Source: Eledone cirrhosa (lineage: Eukaryota). From it: 64,000 nucleotides of DNA. The notes under the pieces are model-generated. The model made no database searches. It saw only the letters and a program-made list of their open reading frames with translations, and was not told where the DNA came from. Shown one piece after another: positions 13,055 to 27,189 of this stretch. The first letter of the stretch is position 1; every line of letters starts with the position of its first letter. The stretch spans positions 30,566,001 through 30,630,000 of the forward strand of contig OZ024759.1 of assembly GCA_964016885.1 (NCBI GenBank). Reading direction: 5' to 3'. Position numbers and translations under genes: made by a program.

Positions 13055-14079
13055 AAGTGTCTTTGGAGTAACGTTACTTGATAGAGTGTGTAGCTCGGAG
13101 ATCAGAGAGTCGCACCAGGTAGAGCTGCAACGTCTCCGAATTGAGAGATCACAACTTCCATATTACAACCTATATGGGGCCCCTCTGAAAGGTCTTTCGA
13201 GTAACGTTACTTGATAGAGTGTGTAGCTCGGAGATCAGGTAAAGCCGCTACTTCTCTGAATTGAGAGATAACAGTTACTATGCTATAGGCATGTGGTTAG
13301 TATATCTCAGGAAAGAATCACTGGACGACTGATTTTACGGGCAAAAATAAACGGCAGGAGACCCAGAGGTGGGCCCTGAACAAGATGGTTGGATAACATC
13401 CATGAGCTTGGTTGGTCTCGCTTGGGTATACAGCTGCATCAACAGGAGGCGCTCGATTTCTCACTGGAAGAAGTGTTTGAGGACTCTGCCCCCACGACCC
13501 TCTCAGGAATAAGTGGGCGAAGAAGAAGAAGAAGAAGAAGAAGAAGAAGAAGAAGAAGAAGAAGAAGAAGAAGAAGAAGAAGAAGAAGAAGAAGAAGAAG
13601 AAGAAGAAGAAGAAGAAGAAGAAGAAGAAGAAGAAGAAGAAGAAGAAGAAGAAGAAGAAGAAGAAGAAGAAGAAGAAGGAGGAGGAGGAGGAGGAGGAGG
13701 AGGATGAGGAGGAGGAGGAGGAGGAGGAGGAGGAGGAGGAGGAGGAGGATGAGGAGGAGGAGGAGGAGGAGGAGGAGGAGGAGGAGGAGGAGGAGGAGAG
13801 AAGAAGAAGAAGAAGAAGAAGAAGAAGAAGAAGAAGAAGAAGAAGAAGAAGAAGAAGAAGAAGAAGAAGAAGAAGAAGAAGAAGAAGAAGAAGAAGAAGA
13901 AGAAGAAGAAGAAGAAGAAGAAGAAGAAGAAGAGAGGAGGGGAGGAGGAGGAGGAGGAGGAGGAGGAGGAGGAGGAGGAGGAGGAGGAGGAGGAGGAGGA
14001 GGAGGAGGAGGAGGAGGAGAAGAAGAAGAAGAAGAAGAAGAAGAAGAAGAAGAAGAAGAAGAAGAAGAAGAAGAAGAAG
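13055..14079 (+). mobile_element. RTE LINE 3' fragment with ~560-bp (GAA)n/(GGA)n tail
   Basis: Degenerate GVTLLDRV..SEIR / LLL.IER.QL / WLDNIHELGWSRLG; internal duplication (13061-13160 vs 13194-13280); terminus at 13519 followed by purine tract. Confidence 0.85.
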
Positions 14080-14234
14080 CGTATCTTCAGATATAATCTT
14101 TACAACAAAAACAACAATTAAATAAATACATGAAATATATTAAAATGGATTCAAAGAATAAAACATCACTTATTAAGAAAAACAAAACTAAAACAATAGC
14201 TGGTATCAATTTTTTTCAAAGAATATAAACAAAT

Positions 14235-14355
<121 letters not shown>

Positions 14356-15935
14356 CAGAAAAAAGAAAGTTTGGTTTTAAAAGAAGAATGATTTCTCGCT
14401 GGAAGTCTTCCGTAACCTTGAGAAAATGGTGTAAAACGGGAAATAGACACAAAAGGAAGGAAGTGAAGAAGAAGGATAAGAAGATAGAGAGAGAGAGGGT
14501 GGGGTGGGGAGTGGGAGAGATACAGAAAGAGTGATTGAGCGAGAGATGGTGAGAGAAACTTAGAGATGGAGAAAGAGAGAGATAGTAAGAGAGATAGATA
14601 GAGAGAGAGAGAGAGAGTGAGAGAAAGAAAACTGTAGGGAGAGAGATAGAGAAAGAGTGATAGAGAGATAAAGAGAGAGGTAGAGATGTGGAGAGAAATA
14701 GGGAGAAAGAGAGAGAAAGAAAGTGTGAAAGAATGAGAACGAGAGAAAAGAGAGATAGTGAGAGTGAGAGAAATAAATAAAAGAGAGCGAGAGGGAAAAA
14801 AGGGAGAAATCGCGAGAGAGAGAGAGGGTTAAGGAGGGAGAGAAAGATAAAGAGATAGCGAGAGAAAAAGCGAGCGAGAGATAGATAGATAGATAGAGAA
14901 AGAGAGAGAGAGATGGAGAAAGAGAGAATAATTACAATTGTTTAACAATATGAACTAATTGTAGAACTGTAGAGGAGATTCTTTTGAGAATAATAGATGG
15001 AACTACGGAATAGTGGAATAACGGAATAACGGAATAACGGAATAGTGGTGTAATGATATTAGATGTAAGAAGTGTGGGTGTAGCTAACATTGCCACTATT
15101 GCTGTTGTATCAGTATTGGTGTTGTTTTATGCAACCCCAAGACATACAATGTTCAATATAAAATAAATATAACAAATATCTAGTTTATTATTGTTTAATT
15201 ATGGTTTTATTATGGTTTTATTATTGGTATTTTGTTTCTGTAAAGCCAACGCCATGATAAACCTCAGGATAGAAAGTAAAAAAGAACAAGCATTTGCCTT
15301 CTGGGATCTGTGATGGAAAGTTGCACAGCATTACCCTTTCTTGAAATATCAAGATATTTATATGTGTGGGATATTCTCTCTCTCTCCCTCTCCCTCTCTC
15401 TTCCTCTGCCTCTCCCATCTCACTCCCTTTTCCTCCCCTCTATCTCCTTATTCTTCTCTCTTCCGCTTTTCTTTCTACCTGCCTTTCTATTCCTCCCACT
15501 CTCTCGCTTTCCTTCTCTCTCTTTTTCCCCCTTTGTCTCTGCCTCTTACTCTCTTTCTCTCTTTCCTTAACTTTCTTTTTTTCTTTTTCTTTCTCTTACT
15601 GTCTCTCGGGCGCTGTCTCCATCTCTCACTCACACACACGTGCGCATGTACATAAACACATACATATATGTATATTGAGAGAGTGAAACGCATAAATATA
15701 TATCCATATAGATATATACACACACACACACACACATATATATATAGGGGGGGGGGTGTATAACAGTTGAGTAGAAGCCAACAGGCAAATTCTAACCTAC
15801 TGACTTCTACTTCATTGTTACACCAATACTCTAGGGTTCACAGACCTACTTGTATAGGTCGTCGACTGCTTTACCATGTGTACACTAGTGTCGGTTGGTT
15901 GAGTAACACAACGTATACCAGTATATATGTATGAA

Positions 15936-16011
15936 TGGTTAGAGAATTGGATTCGCAATCGTGAGGTTCTTAGTTCGATTCCCGGACACGATGGTCCGTT
16001 ATGTCCTTAAG
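15936..16011 (+). mobile_element. tRNA-derived SINE head fragment
   Basis: TGGTTAGAG...AGTTCGATTCCCG B box followed by TGTCCTTAAGCA CORE-like start. Confidence 0.6.
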
Positions 16012-16260
16012 CAGTGGCGGACTGTGTCTAAAAGTATTGGTTGCCAGGAGATAAAGGGGGCCACCTACATATAGAATGCTATCATTTAATTTTTATAATG
16101 AATAGATAACATTTTCGAAAAATACATAAGTGGCAACAAAACGCTGCAATCAAATGTTTGCGTAAAAATATCTTAGCTTCTCCAATAAAAAATATTATGT
16201 ATTTTTCGAAATCCAGAGACTTTCAATAATGACTAGAAGTCGACCCTAAATATTACTAAT
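16012..16260 (+). mobile_element. Possible hAT-type DNA transposon terminus interrupting the SINE
   Basis: Begins CAGTGGCGGA where SINE similarity stops; partner TIR not found. Confidence 0.35.
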
Positions 16261-16389
16261 AGCTCTAGGCGATCCATGAACGACAGCACAGCTTTTAAAC
16301 TTTGATTTTGAAAGTAGGTTTTGAATGTGAAACCTTTTCAGATTTTTTCTATTGGTTGTAAAATAAAAAAAACTGAAAATGGTTACATG

Positions 16390-16465
16390 TAGTTCTTGAC
16401 CAGGATTTGAACCCAAGGGTAGGATCTCCACCGTCTCTAGCACCTACCACTAGGCCACAGAGAAC
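16390..16465 (-). mobile_element. tRNA-like SINE head
   Basis: Minus strand TGGCCTAGTGG (A box) and GGTTCAAATCC (B box). Confidence 0.6.
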
Positions 16466-16914
16466 ACTACGGAATTCTTCTGAAAATTCATAATTATAAA
16501 CCTACATTCAAAATTTTCAAAACAAAATGATGCGGTGAAGTTCATGTCTTTCTTAATGTTATTGCTCCTACTTAAGGTCGAATTCTAAATCATTTGGGTA
16601 TTGTATAAACTACACCCTTGTTTTGTTTCTCATCTATCTAGACTATATTTTAGCCTTTAATACTCGAGTGTTCGGGAAAATTGTAAGGAGACAAAAATGA
16701 AATCATATATAAATAGCAATGTGTGTGTGTGTGGGTGTGTATTAACACGTATAAGTCGAACAATGTGAGTAATGAAAACAAAAGGCAAGCTTTAGTGCTT
16801 CATCAGGTCATTGCTTTAAGAGCGTTTCAGAAGATTGATTGATCATGTTAAATCGATATTTATGTAACTACGTTTTATTAGTCTCTATATCATAGATTCT
16901 CTCACATCTTCAGT

Positions 16915-16981
<67 letters not shown>

Positions 16982-16983
<2 letters not shown>

Positions 16984-17372
16984 TTCTCTCTTTCTCTTAA
17001 TTTCGAGTATATTTCTGACCGGCCACCTTCCTGGTGGAAAGGTTCTAAAAGAAAAGAAATTGTCATCCCTTGAATCGCAAGAATGTTTTGCAAATTTTGA
17101 AGGTGCCAGCTATCGCAGCCATTTGTAGACTATGAATTAGGGTACTGCGCTCTTTGTCCGCAAATCCAAGTTCAGTTATACATTGGTCCAAGCGGGTTGG
17201 TATATAACCTGTAGCTCCAATAATGATGGGTATGAAGCTGAAGGTCTATCTTGGATACTGGATTTCTAAACTCCTCATCAATGGTCCGTAGATGTCCTCC
17301 TTCTCTTGTATTTTTCTGACAATGTTTACATCTAGTGGGCAGCTGATCTCCACAATAGAACACGTTTTCAAT
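16982..17372 (-). mobile_element. R4-like RLE LINE 3' end
   Basis: Minus strand [28 protein letters not shown]...[11 protein letters not shown]...AGTFKICKTFLRFKG* (stop 17063-17065); related to 61447-61659; (TACA)n upstream on element strand. Confidence 0.8.
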
Positions 17373-17421
17373 GTGTATGTATATATATATATGTATGTGT
17401 GTGTGTATGTATGTATGTATG

Positions 17422-17460
<39 letters not shown>

Positions 17461-17479
17461 TTGTATATATATATATGTT

Positions 17480-17520
<41 letters not shown>

Positions 17521-17600
17521 ACCTGTTATTTTTATCTAAAAACATTGTTTCCAATTCCATCCCCGCCCGTCCCTTCAATCTATCTTATTTCCCATTCTTA

Positions 17601-17634
17601 CTTCTGATGAAGGACTAGCGTCCGAAATGTCAAG
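17601..17634 (+). ncRNA. Minimal type I hammerhead (family F)
   Basis: CTT-CTGATGA-A-GGAC-TAGC-GTCC-GAA-ATGT-C-AAG; downstream sequence homologous to 39183-39250 (-). Confidence 0.75.
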
Positions 17635-17949
17635 ACCTTCCTTCTGTTATTTGAAGCGTTAACCTAATATATTCTTTTCATATACTGTACCGATTGTGAT
17701 GTTATTTCTGTTTACCTTTTACATACATGCATGCACACACACACACACACATACACACACACACGCACGCACACACGCACACACATGCACACACAGACAT
17801 ACACACACACACATATATATATACATGTATGTATGTATATTTTTATATAGAATTCGAAGTTTGAATGCCACAATAATGCGGATTGGACGCAAAATAATTA
17901 AAACGAAGCGTGTTTTTTTTACTTCAATTTATTCATATGACCTGATATA

Positions 17950-18016
17950 TTTCGACGGCTAGTCCAGAATTAGCCGTCGAAACGGCTTGAGCTCAGCCGT
18001 CGGGGTCCTACTCGTT

Positions 18017-18020
<4 letters not shown>
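17950..18020. mobile_element. Family A arm fragment
   Basis: TTCGACGGCTAGTCCAGAATTAGCCGTCGAAACGGCTTGAGCTCAGCCGTCGGGGTCCTACTCGTTCCTA then (TA)n. Confidence 0.8.
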
Positions 18021-18051
<31 letters not shown>

Positions 18052-18184
18052 GTCTCTTTCTCTTTCTTTCTTTCTCATAGACACACTCTCGCCATCTTTG
18101 TGCTAGTTTCCCATCTTCCTCATTAGATCTTCATTCAATCTCTTCAGTAAACCTCTTGGCATATATTTACTCTCACCTTCCTCT

Positions 18185-18240
<56 letters not shown>

Positions 18241-18384
18241 TTCTGTTTCCTTTCTCAGTCTCTAATATCCCCCGCCCATCTCACCCTCTCCTGTAATATC
18301 AACATATTCTTTATCCCTGCCTCGCTCTAAGTAATATCACTTCCACTCTTTCTCTCTGTCACACACACACACACATGGAGTCTC

Positions 18385-18438
<54 letters not shown>

Positions 18439-18812
18439 ATTCTCTCTCTTACGCTCACACACACAGTCTCTTTCTCCCTCCCTTTCTCTCTCTCTCCCTC
18501 TCGCTCTCAAACAGACACACAGACTCTCTTTCTGTCTCTCTCTCTTACACTCACACTTACAGTCTCTTTTACCCTCTCTCTATCTCTCCCTTACGCTCAC
18601 ACACACTCTCTTTCTCCCTCCCCCTATCTCTCTCTCTCACACACACATCTCTCATTTTTCCTTTCCCTATCTCTAATATTCCCCCTTCTCCCTCTCCTAT
18701 AATATCAACATATTCTCTATCTCTACGTCTCTCTAAACACTCTCACTTGCTCTCTCTCTATCTCCCACACACACACTCTCTTTCTGCCTGCCTTTCTCTC
18801 TCCCTCTCTATC

Positions 18813-18893
<81 letters not shown>

Positions 18894-19219
18894 ATCTACG
18901 TCTCTCTAAACACCCTCTCTTCCACCATCTCTCACATCATCTAAATTTTTGACACACCCTCTCCCTGGCTTACACCTCCGTTTCTCACCTAGCCTATATA
19001 GCATGATAGCAGAAAATGTCACCAATAGGAAGGTATGACATTCGCAGAACCTACAGGTTAATGGCGTTTAGTTTTATTCTGAGTGGTTGTCAATGAACAT
19101 TCTCTACAAAATATATTTGTCACATGATTTTACATAGATGTTACGAAACTAACACCTCTGCTCAGCAAACACAAACACACACACACGTAGACACACGTAC
19201 ACACACACACACAACACAC

Positions 19220-19299
<80 letters not shown>

Positions 19300-19517
19300 A
19301 CACAACACACACATACATACACACACATGTACACCTGAGTGCAGCAGGCACACACACGCACTTACCCATTTCCTCCTTATACACCCATATATACACCCTG
19401 CACAGCACACACACGTGCATGCATACGCAGATATGTGCAGACGCAGGAAATCACAGGCACATGCACGTACATGTAACATATGCACTTATATACTACACAC
19501 ATTCCAAACACAAATAT

Positions 19518-19549
<32 letters not shown>

Positions 19550-19555
19550 GTGTGC

Positions 19556-19645
<90 letters not shown>

Positions 19646-19695
19646 ATATATGTGTGTATATTTATATGTTATGCATACATATGTATACACACACG

Positions 19696-19751
<56 letters not shown>

Positions 19752-19765
19752 TGTATATATATATG

Positions 19766-19798
<33 letters not shown>

Positions 19799-19839
19799 GT
19801 ATATATATATATGTATATGTATATATGTATATATTTATG

Positions 19840-19888
<49 letters not shown>

Positions 19889-19931
19889 GTATATGTATGT
19901 ATATATATATGTATATTTCAGAGCACCAATC

Positions 19932-19973
<42 letters not shown>

Positions 19974-19976
19974 ACG

Positions 19977-20007
<31 letters not shown>

Positions 20008-20238
20008 GTGTAGAAGATACCAAAGTTGGATATCTGTTAGATAGATATCTCACAGATATGTAGAATAAAAAAAGACACTTCAGACTCTCTCAACATCCCC
20101 CACCCACTCCTTCATTACAACACAAAGAAAGGCAGAGCCAAATGACATTATACACCAGAATATTCCACACTATTACTACATTGGTTTTTTGTATCTCTCT
20201 GTTTTCCTTGTTTATTCTTGTATTATATGTATATATAA

Positions 20239-20429
20239 GGGGAGTGTATTGGCAGTATCGGCAGAGGGTTGGACGCCATGCTTTGCAGCACGGAGTTACG
20301 GCCCTTTATGTGCTGAGTTCAAATCCCGCCGAGGTTAACTTTTCCTTTCATATTTACGGGGTCGATAAAATAAAGTACCAGTAATACACTGGAATAATTA
20401 TTGGCCTTGTGCCAAATGTAGAAGCAATT
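20239..20429 (+). mobile_element. SINE S1 copy
   Basis: TGGCAGTATCGG, GAGTTCAAATCC, CCTTTCATATTTACGGGGTCGATAAAATAAAGTACC, GGCCTTGTGCC tail. Confidence 0.85.
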
Positions 20430-21231
20430 TTATATATTTATATATATATTTATGTATTTATTTATATATAAAAACAAATAACGAAACGAAATTAAATTTC
20501 GCCTCGCTTGTAACTCACTTTTGTATGACTGACGCTTAAACAATTAAGTTAAAAATGTACATCCACATATGTATACTGAAATACTAGTATGCATATGATT
20601 ACACACACGTATACATATGTAGATGTACCGAGTTTTTCACTGGTCACTTTACTGTGAGTGTCCAGCTATTCTGTATGTAAACACACAGACAAACCGGTTT
20701 TTAGAGTCATACTGGTTTTTGAGGAAACACCTTTCCTCTATTCTCCAGAAAGCCAGACAAGGAATATTGAACTAGTTTCGATGTTGTTACATCTCATCAG
20801 CAATATTTACCTATCTTCCGGCCTCTCTAGAGAATCGTAAAAGCACATATCGTTATATGCTTTTTCTATGAAAAATTTTTCTATGAAAAATTTTTTTATG
20901 AATTTTTTTATGAATTTTTTTATGAAATTTTTTTATGAATTTTTTTATGAATTTTTTTTCTATGAAAAATTTTTAACTTAATTATTTATATATATTTTTA
21001 TATATATATTTATATATATATTTATGTATATATTTATATATATTTTTATATATATATATTTATATATATATTTATGTATTTATTTATATATATTTTTATA
21101 TATATATTTATATATATATTTATGTATTTATTTATATATATTTTTATATATATATTTATATATATATTTATATATATATTTATATATATATTTATATATA
21201 TATTTATATATATATTTATATATATATTTAT

Positions 21232-21320
21232 TTATTTTATCGACCCCGTAAAGAAGAAAGGAAAAGTTAACCTCGCCGGGATTTGAACTCAGAACATAAA
21301 GGGCCGGAACTCTGTGCGGC
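21232..21320 (-). mobile_element. SINE S1 fragment
   Basis: Reverse complement of B box and central domain. Confidence 0.75.
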
Positions 21321-21614
21321 AAATGTATATATATATATTGCGCTGTGACCCGTCTTCTCTCTCCCTCTTCTTACCTATTTCGTTACTATCTACTCTTCCC
21401 CCTCTTTCTTCCTCTCCCTCTCTGCTTCTCACTTTCACTCACCCTCTCTCTGCCTGCCACCTCATTGTTTCCATCACCTTTATCTTTAAAGCGTTGAAAT
21501 ATCCGAGAGCCCCCAGTAGATACCTAATGAGGACCCCCCCCCCCCCCCGCCCGTTCTTGCTTTCTTCTTATCTCATTCCATTTTAAAGACTATGTATATA
21601 TATATATATATATA

Positions 21615-21900
21615 CGTTATTCCGGGTTTAGTCGGAGGTAACCACAGTAAGTAAGGTACTCAATACATTGCAGAGTATAACAGTTTTAATATAGATGAGA
21701 TTCTACAGGACCAGAACTGTTTCATTCTTTAGAAATCATCAGGAATATAAGCATAGTGGCCACTTCTGACTGGTGGCGCCCCGTTGTAACATGCAATTAA
21801 CGGTTCATGTTAGAACATGTTATCACCTGTTAGTATAAGACAGTACAGGTGTAGTAAGGTCAACACACCTGCATATGACATTTTAACTATGAACTATTTC
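21615..21900 (-). mobile_element. Family C element, longer copy without inverted arm; hammerhead at 21700-21746
   Basis: Tail matches 31224-31290; minus strand ATTC-CTGATGA-TTTCTAAAGAAT-GAA-ACAG-TTCTGGTC-CTGT-A-GAAT; upstream boundary uncertain. Confidence 0.8.
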
Positions 21901-21923
21901 CACGAACGTTATGAAGCCCCCTC

Positions 21924-21962
<39 letters not shown>

Positions 21963-22179
21963 TGGAGGCTTAGTAAAATCGAATCTGTGGCTGTGGGCAA
22001 GCAAATTCGACCTACAATATGAATGAGTTAGCAAAGCACTCGATAAGAGTAGGTCCTTAGAGTAGTAACATACGTTTAAATAGCTTGACAAATTGAACAT
22101 TGTGATAGGCAAAATCTAACAGACAATACCAAAGTAACGAAAAATCTAACAGGTTGAAAAAATACACCTGGACAAATCA

Positions 22180-22203
<24 letters not shown>

Positions 22204-22211
<8 letters not shown>

Positions 22212-22559
22212 ACACTTTGGGAGGGTCATGTTGCCAATAAGAAACACACGCACCAGTTGCTTTCACTTCAATTTATTATATATTTATAAATTTATAAATT
22301 TCTGGTTGGTTGGTTGGTTCCACAACCAGATAGTTGTTTATATATAGTCATAGTTCTTTCGTCACACACTGACGAAAGAACTATGACTATATATAAACAA
22401 CCAGAAATTTATAAATTTATAAATATATAATAAATTGAAGTGAAAGCAACTGGTGCGTGTGTTTCTTATTGGCAACATGACCCTCCCAAAGTGTAACAAT
22501 ATCGGTTTCAACACACGATTTCAGATAAAGAATCTTGCTAAACAAATTCAGAAACGAAA
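22204..22559 (+). mobile_element. Family B hairpin+tail, fold-back point inside hammerhead stem II
   Basis: Centre CGTCA-CACAC-TGACG; arms 22204-22502; same tail as the 7981 and 46972 copies. Confidence 0.9.
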
Positions 22560-22612
22560 TATATATATATATATGTTTGTGTGTGTGTTTGTGTGTGTAA
22601 ATATCTATTTGT

Positions 22613-22697
<85 letters not shown>

Positions 22698-22719
22698 CAT
22701 CACCCATGGTGAATTCACC

Positions 22720-22995
22720 GAATTGAAAGTTCACAGCTCCGATACTATGGGCATCATATGGTTAGAATGTTTCAGGAAAGAATCACTGGACAGATTTTAC
22801 GTGCGAAACCAACAGGTCGGAGATCCAAGGTAGACCCCCAAGCAACATGGATGGATAACATTCATGAGCTTGGCTGGTCACGCTTGGGAATCCCGCCGGA
22901 TCAGTTAGAAAGGGTTGCTTCTGACAAGATCCGCTGGAGTGAATATTTGAAGACTCTGTCCCCACCTCGAACCTCTCAGGAATAAGTGGGCCATG
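22720..22995 (+). mobile_element. RTE LINE 3' fragment
   Basis: [20 protein letters not shown]...TWMDNIHELGWSRLGIPPDQLERVASDKIRW; terminus CTCTCAGGAATAAGTGGGC. Confidence 0.85.
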
Positions 22996-23046
22996 AAAAA
23001 TATATATATATATATATATTTATTTATTTATTTAAGAACAGTTTAA

Positions 23047-23097
23047 AGTTTAAGCAAAGAATCGCTGCTTTCACACTTAACGGGATCTTCTGAAACT
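23047..23097 (-). ncRNA. Hammerhead-like fold with variant core CAGAAGA (family G)
   Basis: Minus strand AGTTT-CAGAAGA-TCCC-GTTAA-GTGT-GAA-AGCA-(9 nt)-TGCT-T-AAACT. Confidence 0.55.
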
Positions 23098-23111
23098 AAA
23101 AAATAAAATCA

Positions 23112-23156
<45 letters not shown>

Positions 23157-23308
23157 ATGTAAATCATCTGATGTTTTTACATTGAGCTACTTAACTTACT
23201 GGTAATAAGGTAGTAATACATTACTGCCTACCACTATTTAGGGTGTGTGTAAAATACTTACAACTGCTTAAGGTTTTGTGTTTACATAACCATAAATAGT
23301 ATAACTAA

Positions 23309-23353
<45 letters not shown>

Positions 23354-23355
<2 letters not shown>

Positions 23356-23795
23356 AGTATGTATACGTACATACATATATGTATACAGACGTACAGTAGT
23401 ATGTATATATATACATACATGCACACATATATATGTACGTATGGATTTACCGAGCATTTATTATATGCAAATTAGGCTGCTCAGCCGTTAATATGCATAA
23501 GGAAGTATATACTTTCAGACTTTCAATCATCTGGCAGGAAGGTATACGGTGCCGACGATAGCTAATAAGCTTGAAACTAGTACATCGTTCCTTTGTCAGT
23601 GTTGAACAAAAAGCAACGATGGTTGCTAAACACTGTACGGCTTAATTCGGGATGTTTGTTTACAAACAAACCGAGCATTATAATAAATGCTCGGTAAATC
23701 CATACGTACATAAATATATGTGTGCATGTATGTATATATATATACATATTACTGTACGTCTGTATACATGTATACATGTACGTATACATACTTAT
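23354..23795. repeat. ~110-bp inverted repeats enclosing a minimal hammerhead (family H)
   Basis: 23354-23463 inverted to 23681-23795 (GTACGTATGGATTTACCGAGCATTTATTAT / ATAATAAATGCTCGGTAAATCCATACGTAC). Confidence 0.75.
23546..23588 (+). ncRNA. Minimal type I hammerhead with one core substitution
   Basis: ACGGTG-CCGACGA-T-AGCT-AATA-AGCT-T-GAA-ACTAGT-A-CATCGT; palindromic stem III, GUA site, stem I ACGGTG/CATCGT. Confidence 0.65.
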
Positions 23796-23912
23796 ATTTA
23801 AGTAACAGCCGTACTAAGGGTGAGAAATGAAATTTCGTTTCATTTTTTTTCCATTTATATATATATATATATATATACAGATTGTGTCTATTATTAAATT
23901 CCTTAGTCGAAT

Positions 23913-24023
23913 ACATTTCGGAATACCTGATGAGGTCGAAGGATTCATACTGAATCCGGTCGTTGAAATGTTCATTACACCATTCCAGGAGTTACACCAG
24001 TCCAGCCTCCTTTTATTTTATAA

Positions 24024-24030
<7 letters not shown>
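23913..24030 (+). mobile_element. Family D copy with hammerhead core
   Basis: ATAC-CTGATGA-G...GGATTCA-TAC-TGAATCC...GAA-ATGTTCAT; homologous to 9235-9350 (-). Confidence 0.7.
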
Positions 24031-24082
<52 letters not shown>

Positions 24083-24100
24083 CCCACCGCTGCCAATGTT

Positions 24101-24147
<47 letters not shown>

Positions 24148-24245
24148 CATATAATATTTACTCCAGTAAACTGTTGAGTGCTCTAAATCAGGTATGAACA
24201 TTTATGTTTGTTGGACTTCCAACATATTAAATACCCCTTCTACTT

Positions 24246-24319
<74 letters not shown>

Positions 24320-24413
24320 ATGTGTAGGAGGAGAGAAATCATCCCATGATGATATTTGTTTTTGAAATGCGCATAATAAAATATTTGGAACTCTTTTAAC
24401 CATCTTTTGATCT

Positions 24414-24519
<106 letters not shown>

Positions 24520-24776
24520 TATGTATATATATTATACATATAAACATATATACATATATATTATATGTTTCATTAGAATAAAAGCCAGTTCTTTATTATA
24601 TATGTTTTGGTCAGGCGATGTTTGAATAAGTCTCAGAAATCTTCAACGGAAACAGACATAGCTCTCTCAGAACTGGTTACTACCACACCACACAATGTAA
24701 ACAGCACTTGACCATGTATATATATATATATATATTTCTCCAAAATGGGTGACTATAACATATATGTATATAAATA

Positions 24777-24868
<92 letters not shown>

Positions 24869-24869
24869 T

Positions 24870-24925
24870 TAAAATAACAGATTAAAGTTTAAGCAAAGAA
24901 TCGCTGCTTTCACCGTTAACGGGTA
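24870..24925. mobile_element. Family G left-arm fragment
   Basis: TAAAATAACAGATTAAAGTTTAAGCAAAGAATCGCTGCTTTCACCGTTAACGGG in (TA)n. Confidence 0.75.
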
Positions 24926-24949
24926 TATTTATATATAATATATATATAA

Positions 24950-25081
24950 TAATTGTTTCTACTTTTGGCACAAAGCCAGCAATTACCCAGTGCATTACTG
25001 GTGCTATTATTTTATCGACCCCGTAAGGATGAAAGGCAAAGTTAACCTTTGAGGGATTTGAACTCAGTATGGCAAGGACCA
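24950..25081 (-). mobile_element. SINE S1 partial
   Basis: Reverse complement of tail, central domain and B box. Confidence 0.8.
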
Positions 25082-25082
25082 A

Positions 25083-25144
<62 letters not shown>

Positions 25145-25599
25145 TATTTATATATTTATATATACTACCAATGATGTGTGTAAGAGACGTATGTAGAAGG
25201 ATGGGATTGAAACCGTGGAAAAGTCAGCGTTCGTAATTTTTATGACGTCAAGGAATGTTGCCTGGCAACGTAGAGTAATGTATTCCCTTTGCACACATCG
25301 CTGACTACCGTCATCGAAATATCCATCGCTGTTATGTTTGTGTGTGTGTATACGTGTATGTGCATGTGTGTGTATGTGTGTGTGTATGTGTGTGTGTGTG
25401 TGTGTGTGTGCATGTGTATTTATGTGCGTGTACGTTTAAGTGTTTGCGCATGTGCAAATATGTTTATACTTTCGCTATCTGAGCATCTATGTGCATAGCT
25501 ATATACACGCACACACATACACTTGCATGCTCAAACACACACACATACACAGCCGCATACACTCATGCACTTGCATGCATAGATGGATATATATATGTA

Positions 25600-25644
25600 T
25601 ATATATATATGTATATATATATATATAAGCACACACATACATAC

Positions 25645-25705
<61 letters not shown>

Positions 25706-25849
25706 CACACACATACATACGTGTATATATATATATATATACCTGTGGGTGTGGGTATATATATATATATATATATATACGCATGTATGTACGTGCTTAT
25801 ATATATGTCTATGCATCCATGCATATACGTGCTAGAGTGAGTGTAAATA

Positions 25850-25883
<34 letters not shown>

Positions 25884-26105
25884 CACACACATACATACGT
25901 GTATATATATATATATATATACCTGTGGGTGTGGGTATATATATATATATATATATATATCTATATATATATATATATATATATATAAGCACACACATAC
26001 ATACGTGTATATATATATATATACCTATAGGTGTGGGTATATATATATATATATATACGCATGTATGTACGTGCTTATACATGCATATACGTGCTAGAGT
26101 GAGTG

Positions 26106-26110
<5 letters not shown>
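25600..26110. repeat. Higher-order tandem repeat of compound microsatellite units
   Basis: AAGCACACACATACATACGTG x4, ACCTGTGGGTGTGGG-like x3, GCATATACGTGCTAGAGTGAGTGTAAA x2, separated by variable (TA)n. Confidence 0.75.
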
Positions 26111-26195
<85 letters not shown>

Positions 26196-26489
26196 TATAT
26201 ATGAGTGTGTGCATGTATATGTATTGGCGCTGTTCTGAAATTATTATATAATTATATATATATATTTATAAATAAATATAATTATATATATATATTTATA
26301 AATAAATATAATTATTTATATATATGAGTCTGTAAATTAAATGTTTAAATAGGCTTTTTGATGTTCCGCGGTATTCACGCTTGCACGTACACATAAACTC
26401 ACACACACACGCACATACACCTACACACATACTATACACACATCCACATATACACACACACACATATATATATATATACATATATAAAA

Positions 26490-26546
<57 letters not shown>

Positions 26547-26905
26547 AGTGTGTATATATATATATATGTATACATATATATATATATACAAATATACATA
26601 TAAAAGTGTATATATATATATGTATATATATATATATACTCATTTCCAGGTTTTTTCATCCTTCTACTTTCTATCTGATGTGGATCCATACATTTGCGTA
26701 TAACCACATAAACACTTTCTAAGAACGTGTGTGTGTGCATATATATACATACATACAAATGTGTGTGTGTTTGCTAATATCTGCATCAGTATGTATATGT
26801 ATGAGTGCGCAATGTTTACGCTCCTGTCAATATGTTAAACGTGCGCATCCGTTGACAGGAATATACTCACGCAGACACACTCACCAACTCACACACACAC
26901 ACCAA

Positions 26906-26989
<84 letters not shown>

Positions 26990-27189
26990 TAACCCCACCC
27001 CCACCCCACCCCACCCTGCCCCGCGCACACACACACACATATGTGTGTGTTTCTAGACGAAACTGTAGAGTTGGATTTTTTTTTCCTAGCTGATGCCTAT
27101 CTCTATTGATTGGTCTGTGAGTGTTTGTGTCATCTGTGGAAATGTGGTGGTGACACCTCACATACAGCGCATGCATCGATTATATGTGA

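Noticed and set aside
16785-16830. CTGATGAAGC..GCT on minus strand as a hammerhead
   Set aside because: No GAAA after the putative stem II.
17938-17950. GACCTGATA upstream of a family A arm as the missing hammerhead core
   Set aside because: Reads CTGATAT, not CTGANGA, and appears to be flanking sequence.
25600-26110. Repeat-spacer pattern as a CRISPR-like array
   Set aside because: Spacers are just (TA)n; eukaryotic context; no cas genes.
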